Position numbers and translations under genes: made by a program. Below the pieces are notes generated by a model, which saw only the letters and a list, made by a program, of their open reading frames with translations, was not told the origin of the DNA and searched no databases. Of a stretch of DNA of 64,000 nt, positions 29,030 through 38,445 are shown piece by piece; positions within the stretch are counted from its first letter, which is position 1, and every line of letters begins with the position of its first letter. Location of the stretch: the NCBI GenBank assembly GCA_018714695.1, contig DVNB01000024.1:2563-66562 (forward strand). The letters are read 5' to 3'. The DNA comes from Candidatus Ornithomonoglobus merdipullorum (lineage in GTDB: Bacteria; Bacillota; Clostridia; UBA1381).

Positions 29030-29980
29030 ATGATAGAAATGGAAAAGCCTAATATTGAGTGCGCGGAATTGAGCGAAGACGGAAAATACGGACGGTTTGT
29101 TGTAGGTCCGCTGGAGCGCGGCTACGGCACAACGCTCGGAAATTCGCTCAGAAGGATTCTGCTGTCATCGCTGCCCGGCGCTGCTGCCACCTCGATCAAG
29201 ATCGACGGTGTACAGCACGAGTTTTCCACCGTTCCGGGCGTTATTGAGGATGTTACGGAAATGATCCTTAATATCAAAAAGATGGCGATCAAGCTTCATG
29301 GCGATGGAGTTAAGACTGTTTATATCGACGCAAAGGGCGCGCAGGAGATCACTGCCGGAGATATTAAATGTGACAGCGACGTTGAGATCTTCAATCCCGA
29401 TCTGCATATCGCCACATTGAATTCGGACGCAAGGCTCTATGCCGAGATAACTCTGTCCAAGGGCAGAGGCTACGTTTCGGCGGAGAGAAACAAGGCTGAG
29501 CTTCAGCCTGTTATAGGCGTTATACCGGTAGACTCGATCTACACTCCTGTGACAAAGGTTAATTACACCGTGGAGAATGTCAGAGTCGGACAGTACACGG
29601 ACCGTGAAGAGCTTACCGTTGAGGTATGGACTAACGGTACGATCAAGCCCGACGATGCTGTTTCGCTCGCAGCCAAGATAATGAATGAGCTCCTTATGCT
29701 CTTTGTAGATCTTTCAGAGGACGCAAAGAACACGGAGATCATTGTAGAGAAGGAAGAGAACAAGAAGGAGAAGGTACTCGAGATGACCATCGAGGAGCTC
29801 GATCTTTCGGTTCGTTCTTACAACTGTTTGAAGCGCGCTGGGATAAACACGGTAGAAGACCTCACGAACAAGTCGGAGGAAGACATGATGAAGGTGAGAA
29901 ACCTCGGAAGAAAATCGCTTGAAGAGGTAATCAACAAGTTGAATGGATTAGGTCTTTACCTTAAGAAAGAAGAAGATTAA
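29030..29980 (+). CDS. rpoA: DNA-directed RNA polymerase alpha subunit
   Basis: 316 aa from the ATG at 29030 (GAAGGAGGG SD; the track's GTG at 29009 is trimmed). C-terminal alpha-CTD motif [17 protein letters not shown]. Confidence 0.97.
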   Translation: MIEMEKPNIECAELSEDGKYGRFVVGPLERGYGTTLGNSLRRILLSSLPGAAATSIKIDGVQHEFSTVPGVIEDVTEMILNIKKMAIKLHGDGVKTVYIDAKGAQEITAGDIKCDSDVEIFNPDLHIATLNSDARLYAEITLSKGRGYVSAERNKAELQPVIGVIPVDSIYTPVTKVNYTVENVRVGQYTDREELTVEVWTNGTIKPDDAVSLAAKIMNELLMLFVDLSEDAKNTEIIVEKEENKKEKVLEMTIEELDLSVRSYNCLKRAGINTVEDLTNKSEEDMMKVRNLGRKSLEEVINKLNGLGLYLKKEED

Positions 29981-29992
29981 GGAGGAACGGTT

Positions 29993-30337
29993 ATGCCGGG
30001 AACGAGAAAATTGGGTATGCCCACAGATCAGAGAAGAGCATTGCTCCGCAATCAGGTAACAAGCTTTCTTGAAAACGGAAAGATGACAACGACTGTTACA
30101 AGAGCTAAGGAGACAAGAAGCATGGCAGAAAAGATGATCACCCTTGGTAAGAAGGGTACGCTTGCTGCACGCCGCCAGGCTTTGGCATACATCACAAAAG
30201 AGGATGTAGTAACAAAGCTGTTCAGTGAGATTGCCCCGAAATATGCTGACAGAAACGGCGGTTATACAAGAATATACAAGCTTGGCGAACGCCGCGGCGA
30301 CGGCGCTCAGATGGCTATTCTTGAGCTTGTAGACTGA
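29993..30337 (+). CDS. rplQ: 50S ribosomal protein L17
   Basis: 114 aa, [17 protein letters not shown]. Confidence 0.98.
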   Translation: MPGTRKLGMPTDQRRALLRNQVTSFLENGKMTTTVTRAKETRSMAEKMITLGKKGTLAARRQALAYITKEDVVTKLFSEIAPKYADRNGGYTRIYKLGERRGDGAQMAILELVD

Positions 30338-30354
30338 TTTTGATATACTAAGAA

Positions 30355-30380
30355 AGCGCATTCGGTGAATGCGTTTTTTT
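30355..30380 (+). terminator. intrinsic terminator ending the r-protein cluster
   Basis: GCGCATTC-ggtg-GAATGCGT followed by TTTTTT. Confidence 0.7.
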
Positions 30381-30461
30381 AGTATATTTTTTTTGTATCA
30401 AGCGAAAAATAGCAAAAACGGAGATTATATAAAAAACAATAATTATTATTGATTTTAGCTA

Positions 30462-30490
30462 TTGACAAAGCTTATTATTTATGTTATATT
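30462..30490 (+). promoter_or_regulatory. rubrerythrin promoter
   Basis: TTGACA, 17 nt (ending TGT), then TATATT. Confidence 0.5.
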
Positions 30491-30550
30491 AGTATTAACA
30501 GGTCAGTTAACAGAATATGTTCTGACAAAAACGGAAAGGAGACAATAAAA

Positions 30551-31090
30551 ATGGCAAACAAATACGCGGGAACAAAGACGGAACAGAATCTCATGGCTGC
30601 ATTTGCCGGAGAGAGCGAGGCACGGAACAAGTACACATACTTTGCAAGTGTTGCAAAGAAGGCGGGGTATGAGCAGATCGCGGCGCTCTTTTTAGATACG
30701 GCAAATAATGAAAAAGAGCACGCGAAGCTGTGGTTCAAGGAGCTCGGACTTCTGGGTGATACCGCAGAGAACCTGAAGGCTGCGGCAGCAGGAGAGAATT
30801 ATGAGTGGACGGATATGTATGCCGGCTTTGCCAAGACGGCAGAGGAGGAAGGCTTCACAGCTTTGGCAGCAAAGTTCAGAATGGTAGCCGCGATCGAAAA
30901 GACACATGAGGAAAGATATCTCAAGCTGCTCAATAATGTTGAGATGCAGCAGGTATTCGAGAAGGCTGATGAGACGATGTGGGAGTGCAGAAACTGCGGA
31001 CATCTTGTAATAGGCAAGAAGGCGCCGCAGGTATGCCCGGTATGCGCGCATCCGCAGAGCTTCTTCGAGGTAAGAGCAGAGAATTATTGA
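30551..31090 (+). CDS. rbr: rubrerythrin
   Basis: 179 aa from the ATG at 30551 (AAAGGAGA SD). Diiron four-helix part ([27 protein letters not shown]) plus a C-terminal rubredoxin motif (CRNCG...CPVCAHP). Confidence 0.93.
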   Translation: MANKYAGTKTEQNLMAAFAGESEARNKYTYFASVAKKAGYEQIAALFLDTANNEKEHAKLWFKELGLLGDTAENLKAAAAGENYEWTDMYAGFAKTAEEEGFTALAAKFRMVAAIEKTHEERYLKLLNNVEMQQVFEKADETMWECRNCGHLVIGKKAPQVCPVCAHPQSFFEVRAENY

Positions 31091-31103
31091 TCGGAAAAAC
31101 AAA

Positions 31104-31150
31104 AAATACGGCACGGCAAAGCGCACTGAGCTTTTCCGTGCCGTATTTTG
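31104..31150. terminator. bidirectional terminator (rbr / MATE gene)
   Basis: AATACGGCACGG...CCGTGCCGTATTTT, flanked by A-rich and T-rich runs. Confidence 0.65.
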
Positions 31151-31152
31151 CA

Positions 31153-32541
31153 TTATTCAGAGATTGCCTGCTGTGCTTCAAGGCGTTTCATTATCCGCAT
31201 CTCATGTATTATGAATATTGCGGTAACCACGAATGCTATAAAGTCCGCTGTAGGACCTGAATAGAGAACTCCGTCTATCCCGCCCATCACCAATGGCAGT
31301 AAGAGTATGAGCGGTATAAGGAAAAATACCTGACGCGTCATTGACAGCAGCAGTCCTTTGAGCGGCTTGCCTATCGCTGAAAAGAAGTTTGACGATATAA
31401 GCTGAACGCCGTTCAAGAGAGCCATGAACAGGAATATTCTCATAAATCTTATAGAGAATTCAAAGTATTGAGCATCGCCGGTCCCAAATATTGAAAGCAG
31501 CTGGCGCGGGAAGAATTGGAACATACACCATCCTATAAACGAGATCACAAGGTTGCAGATGATCGCGAGACGGTATATTTTACGAACTCTTGAATACTGC
31601 TTGGCTCCGTAATTGAATCCAACTATGGGCTGCGTACCCTGAGATATCCCTATTACTACTGCAAGCAGTATCGCGTTTGTTTTCATTACTATCCCGCACG
31701 CCGCAAGCGGAATATCAGTACCGTACGGTGAAAGCGCTCCGTAATATGTAAGCGAATTATTAAGTACGATCTGCACGAGTGTTATTGCAACTTGATTTAA
31801 AGAGCTGCTCATTCCGAGTGTAGCCGTTGTTATGCTCTCATGCAGGCTAAGCCTGAGATCACTCTTTTTGAGCCTGATGTGCTTGAAGCGGAATACATAT
31901 GCGACTGCAAATATACAGGAGACGAATTGACCTATTATTGTTGCCCACGCTGCTCCTGCGACACCCATACCGAAGCTGAATATGAATATTGGATCAAGTA
32001 TCGTGTTTATAACCGCGCCTATCAGCATACATACCATTGAATAATTCGGGCTTCCGTCAGCGCGTATCATATTGCTCATAACATTTGTCATTATAAGAAA
32101 CGGCATTCCGAGGGCCGTTATCCCGGTGTAGCTTATGGCATACGGCATTACCTCATCTGTGGCGCCGAATGCTCTGAGGAGAGGCTTTAAAAAGATGAGC
32201 ACCAATGCTGTGTATATGACTCCGCATAAGACCATAAGGCATATAGAATTCCCCGCTACCTTAGCGGCTTTATCAGGTCTTCCCGCGCCGAGGTTTAAGG
32301 AAAATCTTGAGGATGTCCCTATACCTATAAGAAGCGCTATGGCAAGACATATCGTTACAAGCGGATATGAAACGTTTGTTGCCGCATTGCCGAGATAGCC
32401 GACTCCCCAGCCTATGAATATCTGATCCACGATATTATACAGGGAGCTCACAAGCATAGCGATTATACTTGGGACTGCAAATTTTCTCAGAAGCACTCCC
32501 AATTTCTCGTAACCCAAGGGATTTTTCGTTTGTTCCATCAT
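31153..32541 (-). CDS. MATE family efflux transporter
   Basis: 462 aa, 12-TM pattern, with the typical MATE N-terminus (LLRKFAVPSIIAMLVSSLYNIVDQIFIG). Confidence 0.88.
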   Translation of the reverse strand: MMEQTKNPLGYEKLGVLLRKFAVPSIIAMLVSSLYNIVDQIFIGWGVGYLGNAATNVSYPLVTICLAIALLIGIGTSSRFSLNLGAGRPDKAAKVAGNSICLMVLCGVIYTALVLIFLKPLLRAFGATDEVMPYAISYTGITALGMPFLIMTNVMSNMIRADGSPNYSMVCMLIGAVINTILDPIFIFSFGMGVAGAAWATIIGQFVSCIFAVAYVFRFKHIRLKKSDLRLSLHESITTATLGMSSSLNQVAITLVQIVLNNSLTYYGALSPYGTDIPLAACGIVMKTNAILLAVVIGISQGTQPIVGFNYGAKQYSRVRKIYRLAIICNLVISFIGWCMFQFFPRQLLSIFGTGDAQYFEFSIRFMRIFLFMALLNGVQLISSNFFSAIGKPLKGLLLSMTRQVFFLIPLILLLPLVMGGIDGVLYSGPTADFIAFVVTAIFIIHEMRIMKRLEAQQAISE

Positions 32542-32752
32542 TATATATCCTTTCGCTTTTGATTATTGCGGAAACGAACGGTATTGCGTTCACGGTGGGA
32601 AGAGTGTTCCGCAAGACTTACTTTTTGATTATACACCATTGATTCAGTTTTTACAATATGATTTTGCAAAGAGCATAATACAAGCGTATAATTTGTCAAA
32701 ATTGCGCATAGATTGCCGGTTTAAATTTATTCAAAAACATCAAAAATAATAC

Positions 32753-32781
32753 TTGACAAAACACGTGCAGAGTGATAAAAT
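32753..32781 (+). promoter_or_regulatory. rpsF operon promoter
   Basis: TTGACA, 17 nt, then TGATAAAAT (extended -10). Confidence 0.55.
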
Positions 32782-32787
32782 ATATAA

Positions 32788-32854
32788 GTCTGTTAAAGAC
32801 ATCCTTGCCCGCAAAGGTATTGCGGGACAAATGTCCATAAGGAGGTGTAATGAA
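32788..32854 (+). promoter_or_regulatory. rpsF leader hairpin (candidate S6:S18 autoregulatory element)
   Basis: GACAT-cctt-GCCCGC-aaaggtatt-GCGGGA-caa-ATGTC, an interrupted hairpin ending 4 nt before the AAGGAGG SD. Confidence 0.4.
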
Positions 32855-33157
32855 ATGGCTGAAAAGAAAATCAACAGCTATGAGACAATTTTTATCATCG
32901 ATTCAACGTTGGAGCCCGATGCAATAACTGCTGAGAAGGACAAGTTCGTAAACCTTATCACAGCAAACGGCGAGATCGGCGAGGTTGAGGAGTGGGGTAA
33001 GAGAAAGCTTGCTTATCCGATCAACTTCAAGACAGAGGGCTACTATGTTCTCGTAAACTTCAAGGCTGACGTAGAGTTCCCGAAGGAGCTTGACAGAAGA
33101 TACAGAATCGACGAGAACATTCTCAGAACGATCATCATTCGCAAGGATGAGGCGTGA
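32855..33157 (+). CDS. rpsF: 30S ribosomal protein S6
   Basis: 100 aa from the ATG at 32855, YETIFIIDSTLEPD...WGKRKLAYPI. Confidence 0.96.
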   Translation: MAEKKINSYETIFIIDSTLEPDAITAEKDKFVNLITANGEIGEVEEWGKRKLAYPINFKTEGYYVLVNFKADVEFPKELDRRYRIDENILRTIIIRKDEA

Positions 33158-33177
33158 TCCGAAAGCGGTGAAAAGGT

Positions 33178-33663
33178 ATGAATAAAGTTATTTTGGTTGG
33201 ACGCTTAACAGCGGATCCCGAGCTGCGGCAGACGCCGCAGGGAGTTGAGACGACAAGATTTACCGTTGCCGTAGACAGAAGATACCGCAGGGATGGAGGT
33301 CAGCAGGCTGATTTCATAACATGCGTAGCATGGCGTCAGCAGGCAGAGTTCATTTGCAGATACTTTAATAAGGGAAAGCTTATAGGACTTGAAGGACAGA
33401 TCCAGACACGCTCATGGGACGGACAGGACGGACGTCGTCAGTATGCTACAGAGGTACTGGTCGATAATGTAGAGTTCATAGGTTCGAAGAGCGAAAGCGG
33501 CGGAAATTCACAGGGCGCATACCAGTCCAATTTCGGAGGATACCAGCAGAGTGCGCCGGCACCTGCACCGACACCGGCACCGCAGCAGGCCGCCGATGAT
33601 TCCGGTTTTATGGACCTGAATTTCGGTGATGACCTGAGCAGCGAGGACGATCTGCCGTTCTGA
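33178..33663 (+). CDS. ssb: single-stranded DNA-binding protein
   Basis: 161 aa with an OB fold (MNKVILVGRLTADPELR), a Gly/Gln/Pro-rich linker and an acidic tip (DDLPF). Confidence 0.96.
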   Translation: MNKVILVGRLTADPELRQTPQGVETTRFTVAVDRRYRRDGGQQADFITCVAWRQQAEFICRYFNKGKLIGLEGQIQTRSWDGQDGRRQYATEVLVDNVEFIGSKSESGGNSQGAYQSNFGGYQQSAPAPAPTPAPQQAADDSGFMDLNFGDDLSSEDDLPF

Positions 33664-33718
33664 TCGGCAGTCCGGTCCGGAGGATTATTGACGATAAAAA
33701 TTGAAGGAGGAGAATTCC

Positions 33719-33964
33719 ATGGCTGAAAGAAATGACAGACCGCAGAGAGCAAGAAGGCCGAAGCGTAAAGTCTGCATGTTCTGCGTAGACAAGGTTGAGC
33801 ATATCGACTACAAGGATACAGCAAAGCTTCGCCGTTACATTTCGGAGCGCGGAAAGATAGTTCCGAGAAGGATCAGCGGAAACTGCGCAAAGCATCAGAG
33901 ACAGCTCACAACGGCTATAAAGCGCGCAAGGATCATTGCATTGCTGCCGTTCGTAGCGGAATAA
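33719..33964 (+). CDS. rpsR: 30S ribosomal protein S18
   Basis: 81 aa from the ATG at 33719 (GAAGGAGG SD), [17 protein letters not shown]...[11 protein letters not shown]. Confidence 0.96.
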   Translation: MAERNDRPQRARRPKRKVCMFCVDKVEHIDYKDTAKLRRYISERGKIVPRRISGNCAKHQRQLTTAIKRARIIALLPFVAE

Positions 33965-33973
33965 AGTATATTC

Positions 33974-34000
33974 AGAGATCGCTCACGCGGTCTCTTTTTT
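33974..34000 (+). terminator. intrinsic terminator
   Basis: AGAGATCGC-tcac-GCGGTCTCT followed by TTTTT. Confidence 0.6.
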
Positions 34001-34062
34001 CATAGAAAAAAGGACTTTAGCAAAACTGATAAATATGGATTTTGCTAAAGCCCAGAAATGTT

Positions 34063-34632
34063 TTAAAGTTTTACAATGATCTCGTCCATAGTCCTTTTCG
34101 GAACATGAACATTGCCGTTCTCGTCAAAATAATACTTTATATCATCCTTGATGTCGAAAACATCGCCGCTCTGAGCGGGGATGCCGAGCCCGAGCAGGTA
34201 TTTGACATCATATTTCTCGTCAAGCCCGAGCCTTTCCTTTATCTTGGGACGGTCTATCGCGCCGAGCCAGCAGCTGCCGATACCCAGCTCCTCCGCCTCA
34301 AGGCACATGCTCATGACCGCGGCTCCGCAGTCGCATTCGGTGTTTGCCGGGGGCTTTATAGAGCTGTCCGCGAGGACCGCGATAAATACGGCCGGACATT
34401 CTTCAAACGCCGGGTTCCAGTCAGAGAGATATCCGGCGTATTTTATGAGAGGAAAGAGGTCTCTGCGTTTCTGCTCATCCTCTATCACGGCAAATTTCAG
34501 CGGCTGCATGTTCGCGCCGTATGGCGCGAGACGGGCACAGTCGATTATTTTCATAATATCCTCACGGCTGACCGGCTCCTGCTTGAATTTGCGTATTGTG
34601 CGTCTTGATCTTGCGGCATCGTAAACATTCAT
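34063..34632 (-). CDS. nitroreductase family protein
   Basis: 189 aa, RRTIRKFKQEPVSREDIMKIIDCARLAPYGANMQP. Confidence 0.85.
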   Translation of the reverse strand: MNVYDAARSRRTIRKFKQEPVSREDIMKIIDCARLAPYGANMQPLKFAVIEDEQKRRDLFPLIKYAGYLSDWNPAFEECPAVFIAVLADSSIKPPANTECDCGAAVMSMCLEAEELGIGSCWLGAIDRPKIKERLGLDEKYDVKYLLGLGIPAQSGDVFDIKDDIKYYFDENGNVHVPKRTMDEIIVKL

Positions 34633-34749
34633 TGTGTGTCATCCTTTCATATTTTGGTGTATCGGTAATGCGGGACTTTTCAGCCCTCTCTTATTATACC
34701 GTTTTTGTAACTCTATTTTATCACATTAAAAGAAAAACCGCAACATCTC

Positions 34750-34778
34750 TTTACAATTTGATTATTTTTTTGTATAAT
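34750..34778 (+). promoter_or_regulatory. promoter of the decarboxylase-recD2-hydrolase operon
   Basis: TTTACA, 17 nt (ending TG), then TATAAT. Confidence 0.5.
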
Positions 34779-34825
34779 ATATATATAGAAAAGCCGGATC
34801 GTAAGCCGGCACGGGAAAGGCGGCG

Positions 34826-36184
34826 ATGAAAACGGAAACTCCGATATATACAAGGCTGAGCGAGTATCACAGAAAAGACAGGATATCGTTCGCGATGCCC
34901 GGGCATAAAAATCTGCGCGGACTGGTTCCGGATCTTCAGCGGTGTGACGTGACAGAGCTTCCGGCAACTGTGGATCTCCGTCACGAGGATGAATATGTGC
35001 GGCGGGCAAACCGGCTGCTGTCGGAATTTTACGGGTCACGCCGGAGCTTTATACTTACGGGCGGATCTACGGAGGGCGTGCAGGCGATGATCGCCTCGTC
35101 ACTGAAACCGGGTGATATTTTGGCGGCATTTTCGGATTGCCATATAAGCGTTATAAATACCTGCGCCATATGCGGTTTCGGACTTAAACTGATCCCAACA
35201 CGGCTCAGAAATGATTTTCTCGTGCCGTGCCCGCCTGAGGATCCGGAGATACCGGAAGGCGTTACTGCGCTGCTTGTCACGTCGCCGAATTATTACGGGA
35301 TAACGGCAGACATATCGGGGCTTGCGAAAAAGTGCAGGGAAAGGGGCATAAGGCTTCTTGTTGATGAGGCGCATGGTGCGCATTTTACAGGCGAGTGCGG
35401 ACTGCCGGTATCGGCGGTGCGGCTCGGCGCGGACATGGTATGTCAGAGCGCGCATAAAACACTCTGCGCTCTGACCGGCGCGGCTTATCTTCATATATGC
35501 GGTGATGGTGTGGATACTGGAAGGGTAAAGAGAGCGTTGATGTCGTTCGGTTCATCGAGCCCGTCGTACCCTATTGCCGCATCGGCTGACGCGGCGCGGG
35601 CTGTCCTTGCAGAGACGCGCTATGATGATATAATAGATGAGTGTGAGAAATTTTGCAAGGCATTGACGCATATGACAAAAATACGTGTGCTCGGCAATGA
35701 TGATCCTACGCGCATAGTGCTCTGCTTTGCTGATTATGATATATCGGGCTGCGAGGTGCTCGCGCTGCTCTCGGACCGGTACGGCATAGATATCGAGATG
35801 GCAGATCAGATTAACATAGTCTTGATAGCAACTCCGTGGAATACACACGGTGACTTCATGAGCCTGTTCCGGGCGCTTCTTGATATCACGGAGCCGCTCG
35901 GAAAGAGGAAGACCGCGGCGGAAATACCTCCGTATGAGTGCGAGCGCGGCGTTATATATCCTGAAGAGGCATGGTTTTCTGATAGCGAGCAGGTGCCGAT
36001 AGACGATGCGGAGGGCAGAACAGCTGCCGCGGTTGTCGCTGCATATCCGCCCGGATGCGCGGTGCTTGTACCGGGAACTGTCATAACGCGTGACGATATT
36101 GAATATATTGATCGTTTGAGAGCCTTGGGTATCGAGATCGCGGGGCTTGAGGACGGAAAGACAGAAGTGGTAAAATGGAAATGA
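34826..36184 (+). CDS. PLP-dependent Orn/Lys/Arg decarboxylase family protein
   Basis: 452 aa with the N-terminal MPGHK motif and the PLP-lysine motif QSAHKTL. Confidence 0.8.
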   Translation: MKTETPIYTRLSEYHRKDRISFAMPGHKNLRGLVPDLQRCDVTELPATVDLRHEDEYVRRANRLLSEFYGSRRSFILTGGSTEGVQAMIASSLKPGDILAAFSDCHISVINTCAICGFGLKLIPTRLRNDFLVPCPPEDPEIPEGVTALLVTSPNYYGITADISGLAKKCRERGIRLLVDEAHGAHFTGECGLPVSAVRLGADMVCQSAHKTLCALTGAAYLHICGDGVDTGRVKRALMSFGSSSPSYPIAASADAARAVLAETRYDDIIDECEKFCKALTHMTKIRVLGNDDPTRIVLCFADYDISGCEVLALLSDRYGIDIEMADQINIVLIATPWNTHGDFMSLFRALLDITEPLGKRKTAAEIPPYECERGVIYPEEAWFSDSEQVPIDDAEGRTAAAVVAAYPPGCAVLVPGTVITRDDIEYIDRLRALGIEIAGLEDGKTEVVKWK

Positions 36185-38445
36185 TCACGATCACCGGTGT
36201 CATTGAGAATATAATCTACTGCAACGATGACAACGGCTATGTAATATGTGAGGTCGACTCAAAAGAGGAGGGGCAGTTTTATGCTGTCGGATATATGCCT
36301 TCTCTTTCCGAAGGTGAAAGGGCAGAGCTTACGGGCAGCTGGGTGACCCATCCGGAATACGGCGAGCAGTTTAAGGTGGAGCTTTACAAAACTGTGATGC
36401 CGTCCGATGAGGAGTCGATAGTGAAATATCTCTCGTCGGGCGTCATAAAGGGAGTCCGCGAGGCAACGGCAAAAAAGCTTTATGCGGAATTCGGCAAGGA
36501 TGTTTTCGATGTGATGATGACGGAGCCGCAGCGGCTTGCCAAGATAAAGGGCATAAGCGCCGACAGAGCGAATATGATATGCAAGTCGTTCTGCGAGCAG
36601 AGAGCGGTGCAGAGCATAATCATGTTTTTGCAGCAGTATAACATATCTCCGAATCTGGCGGTGAAGATAAATAAGATTTTCGGTGCGGACGCAGTGGAGA
36701 GGATAAAGCAGAATCCTTATTCGCTTGCCGATTCGGTCGAAGGCATCTCGTTCCGCACAGCGGACATGATCGGCTATAATCTAGGACATCCCAAGAACAG
36801 TCCGATGCGCATCCGCAGCGGGCTTATATATTTCATGAAGGAGGCTGCATATGCCTCAGGTCACACGTATCTTCCGAAGGAAATGCTGATCGATCACGCT
36901 GTCTATGAGCTCTCCGTGAGTGAGGAGGAGGTCGAAAGCGCGGCGGCGGCTTTGATTGCGGATCGAATCCTTTTTACGGACAGGATAGACAATACCGACG
37001 TGTACTATCTATACGGCTATTATCACGATGAGAAGTATATCGCGTCAAGAATGGTCAAAATGACACGGGCGGAGCATAAATATGCAATGACGGAGGAGAG
37101 AGCCGAGAGCGAGATAGACTCGTTTGAGACGGAACACGGTATAGTGCTCGCGGCGGAGCAGCGAAACGCCGTGGTAACGGCGCTTTCGGGAGGCTGCATG
37201 GTGCTGACCGGAGGACCGGGAACAGGAAAGACTACTACCATAAATACTATAATAGAGCTGCTTGAAAAGCTGAAACTCACTATAGCGCTCACTGCCCCAA
37301 CGGGACGGGCTGCAAAGCGCATGACGCAGATAACCGGCAGAGAGGCAAAGACCATACATCGGCTCCTGGGAGCGCAGGAGGCGGGCCGCGGAAGCGTTTT
37401 CACACACGACGAGGATGATCCGCTGAAGGCGGACGTGATAATACTGGATGAGGCGAGCATGGTCGATACACAGCTGATGGCTTCGTTTTTAAAAGCGGTA
37501 AAGCCGGGTGGACGGGTAATATTTTCGGGAGACAGCGATCAGCTGCCGTCTGTGGGACCGGGCAACGTTCTGCATGATATGATAGGCTCGGGGACGATAC
37601 CCGTTATAAGGCTCACCCAGATATTCAGACAGTCCGAGGAAAGTCTTATAATAATGAATGCCCACAGGATAAACAAGGGCGTGATGCCGGAGCTGCGTGA
37701 TCACACAAAGGATTTCTTTTTTATGAGAAGGCAGGACCCCGTAAGCTCCGTAAACACTGTTCTTGAGTTGTATCAAAAAAGGCTGCCGGGAACCTACGGT
37801 ATAGATCCCGCGGCTGATATACAGATACTCACGCCGATGAAAAAAGGGATGACCGGAACGGCGGAGCTAAACAGGCGCCTCCAAGCCGGAGTGAACCCGC
37901 CCGCAAACACGAAACGTGAATACAGCTACGGAAAGACCGTGTTCAGAGAAGGCGACAAGGTAATGCAGACGCGGAATAATTATGATATGCCTTATACTAC
38001 GGAGGACGGAAAGAAGGGTACCGGGATATATAATGGAGACATGGGTACGGTCCATGCGATCTATCAGGATGATAAGTATATGCTCATAACGTTCGACGAC
38101 GATAAAACGGTCGAATACCCGTTTACAAACCTTGACGAGCTGGACCTTGCGTATGCAATAACTGTACACAAGAGTCAGGGAAGCGAATTCCCGTTCGTGA
38201 TAATGCCGGTGTGTTCATATATACCTATGCTTATGAGCAGAAACCTGCTATATACGGCTATAACGAGGGCGAAGCATATGGTGATACTTGTCGGAAGCGA
38301 AAAGACGGTGATGAATATGACGGCGAACAATTCGTATAATAAGCGCTTCACCGGACTTGAGGAACGGCTCAGAAAAGCTGATGCCGTAGCGGACGCAGCA
38401 GAGAAGGCGGAGGCTTTGGAGAGCGGGAAGGAAGGCATGCTATGA
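36175..38445 (+). CDS. recD2: SF1B ATP-dependent DNA helicase RecD2
   Basis: 756 aa with Walker A (GGPGTGKTT), Walker B (ILDEASMV) and C-terminal VHKSQGSEF. Overlaps the upstream gene by 10 nt. Confidence 0.9.
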   Translation: MEMITITGVIENIIYCNDDNGYVICEVDSKEEGQFYAVGYMPSLSEGERAELTGSWVTHPEYGEQFKVELYKTVMPSDEESIVKYLSSGVIKGVREATAKKLYAEFGKDVFDVMMTEPQRLAKIKGISADRANMICKSFCEQRAVQSIIMFLQQYNISPNLAVKINKIFGADAVERIKQNPYSLADSVEGISFRTADMIGYNLGHPKNSPMRIRSGLIYFMKEAAYASGHTYLPKEMLIDHAVYELSVSEEEVESAAAALIADRILFTDRIDNTDVYYLYGYYHDEKYIASRMVKMTRAEHKYAMTEERAESEIDSFETEHGIVLAAEQRNAVVTALSGGCMVLTGGPGTGKTTTINTIIELLEKLKLTIALTAPTGRAAKRMTQITGREAKTIHRLLGAQEAGRGSVFTHDEDDPLKADVIILDEASMVDTQLMASFLKAVKPGGRVIFSGDSDQLPSVGPGNVLHDMIGSGTIPVIRLTQIFRQSEESLIIMNAHRINKGVMPELRDHTKDFFFMRRQDPVSSVNTVLELYQKRLPGTYGIDPAADIQILTPMKKGMTGTAELNRRLQAGVNPPANTKREYSYGKTVFREGDKVMQTRNNYDMPYTTEDGKKGTGIYNGDMGTVHAIYQDDKYMLITFDDDKTVEYPFTNLDELDLAYAITVHKSQGSEFPFVIMPVCSYIPMLMSRNLLYTAITRAKHMVILVGSEKTVMNMTANNSYNKRFTGLEERLRKADAVADAAEKAEALESGKEGML

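Noticed and set aside
30462-30510. PerR/Fur-type operator at the rubrerythrin promoter
   Set aside because: The AT-rich segment GTTATATTAGTATTAAC is only a poor inverted repeat (4 bp at each end) and does not match TTATAATNATTATAA well.
34042-34624. + strand ORFs 34042-34608 and 34181-34624
   Set aside because: Antisense shadow ORFs of the clearly recognisable nitroreductase gene.
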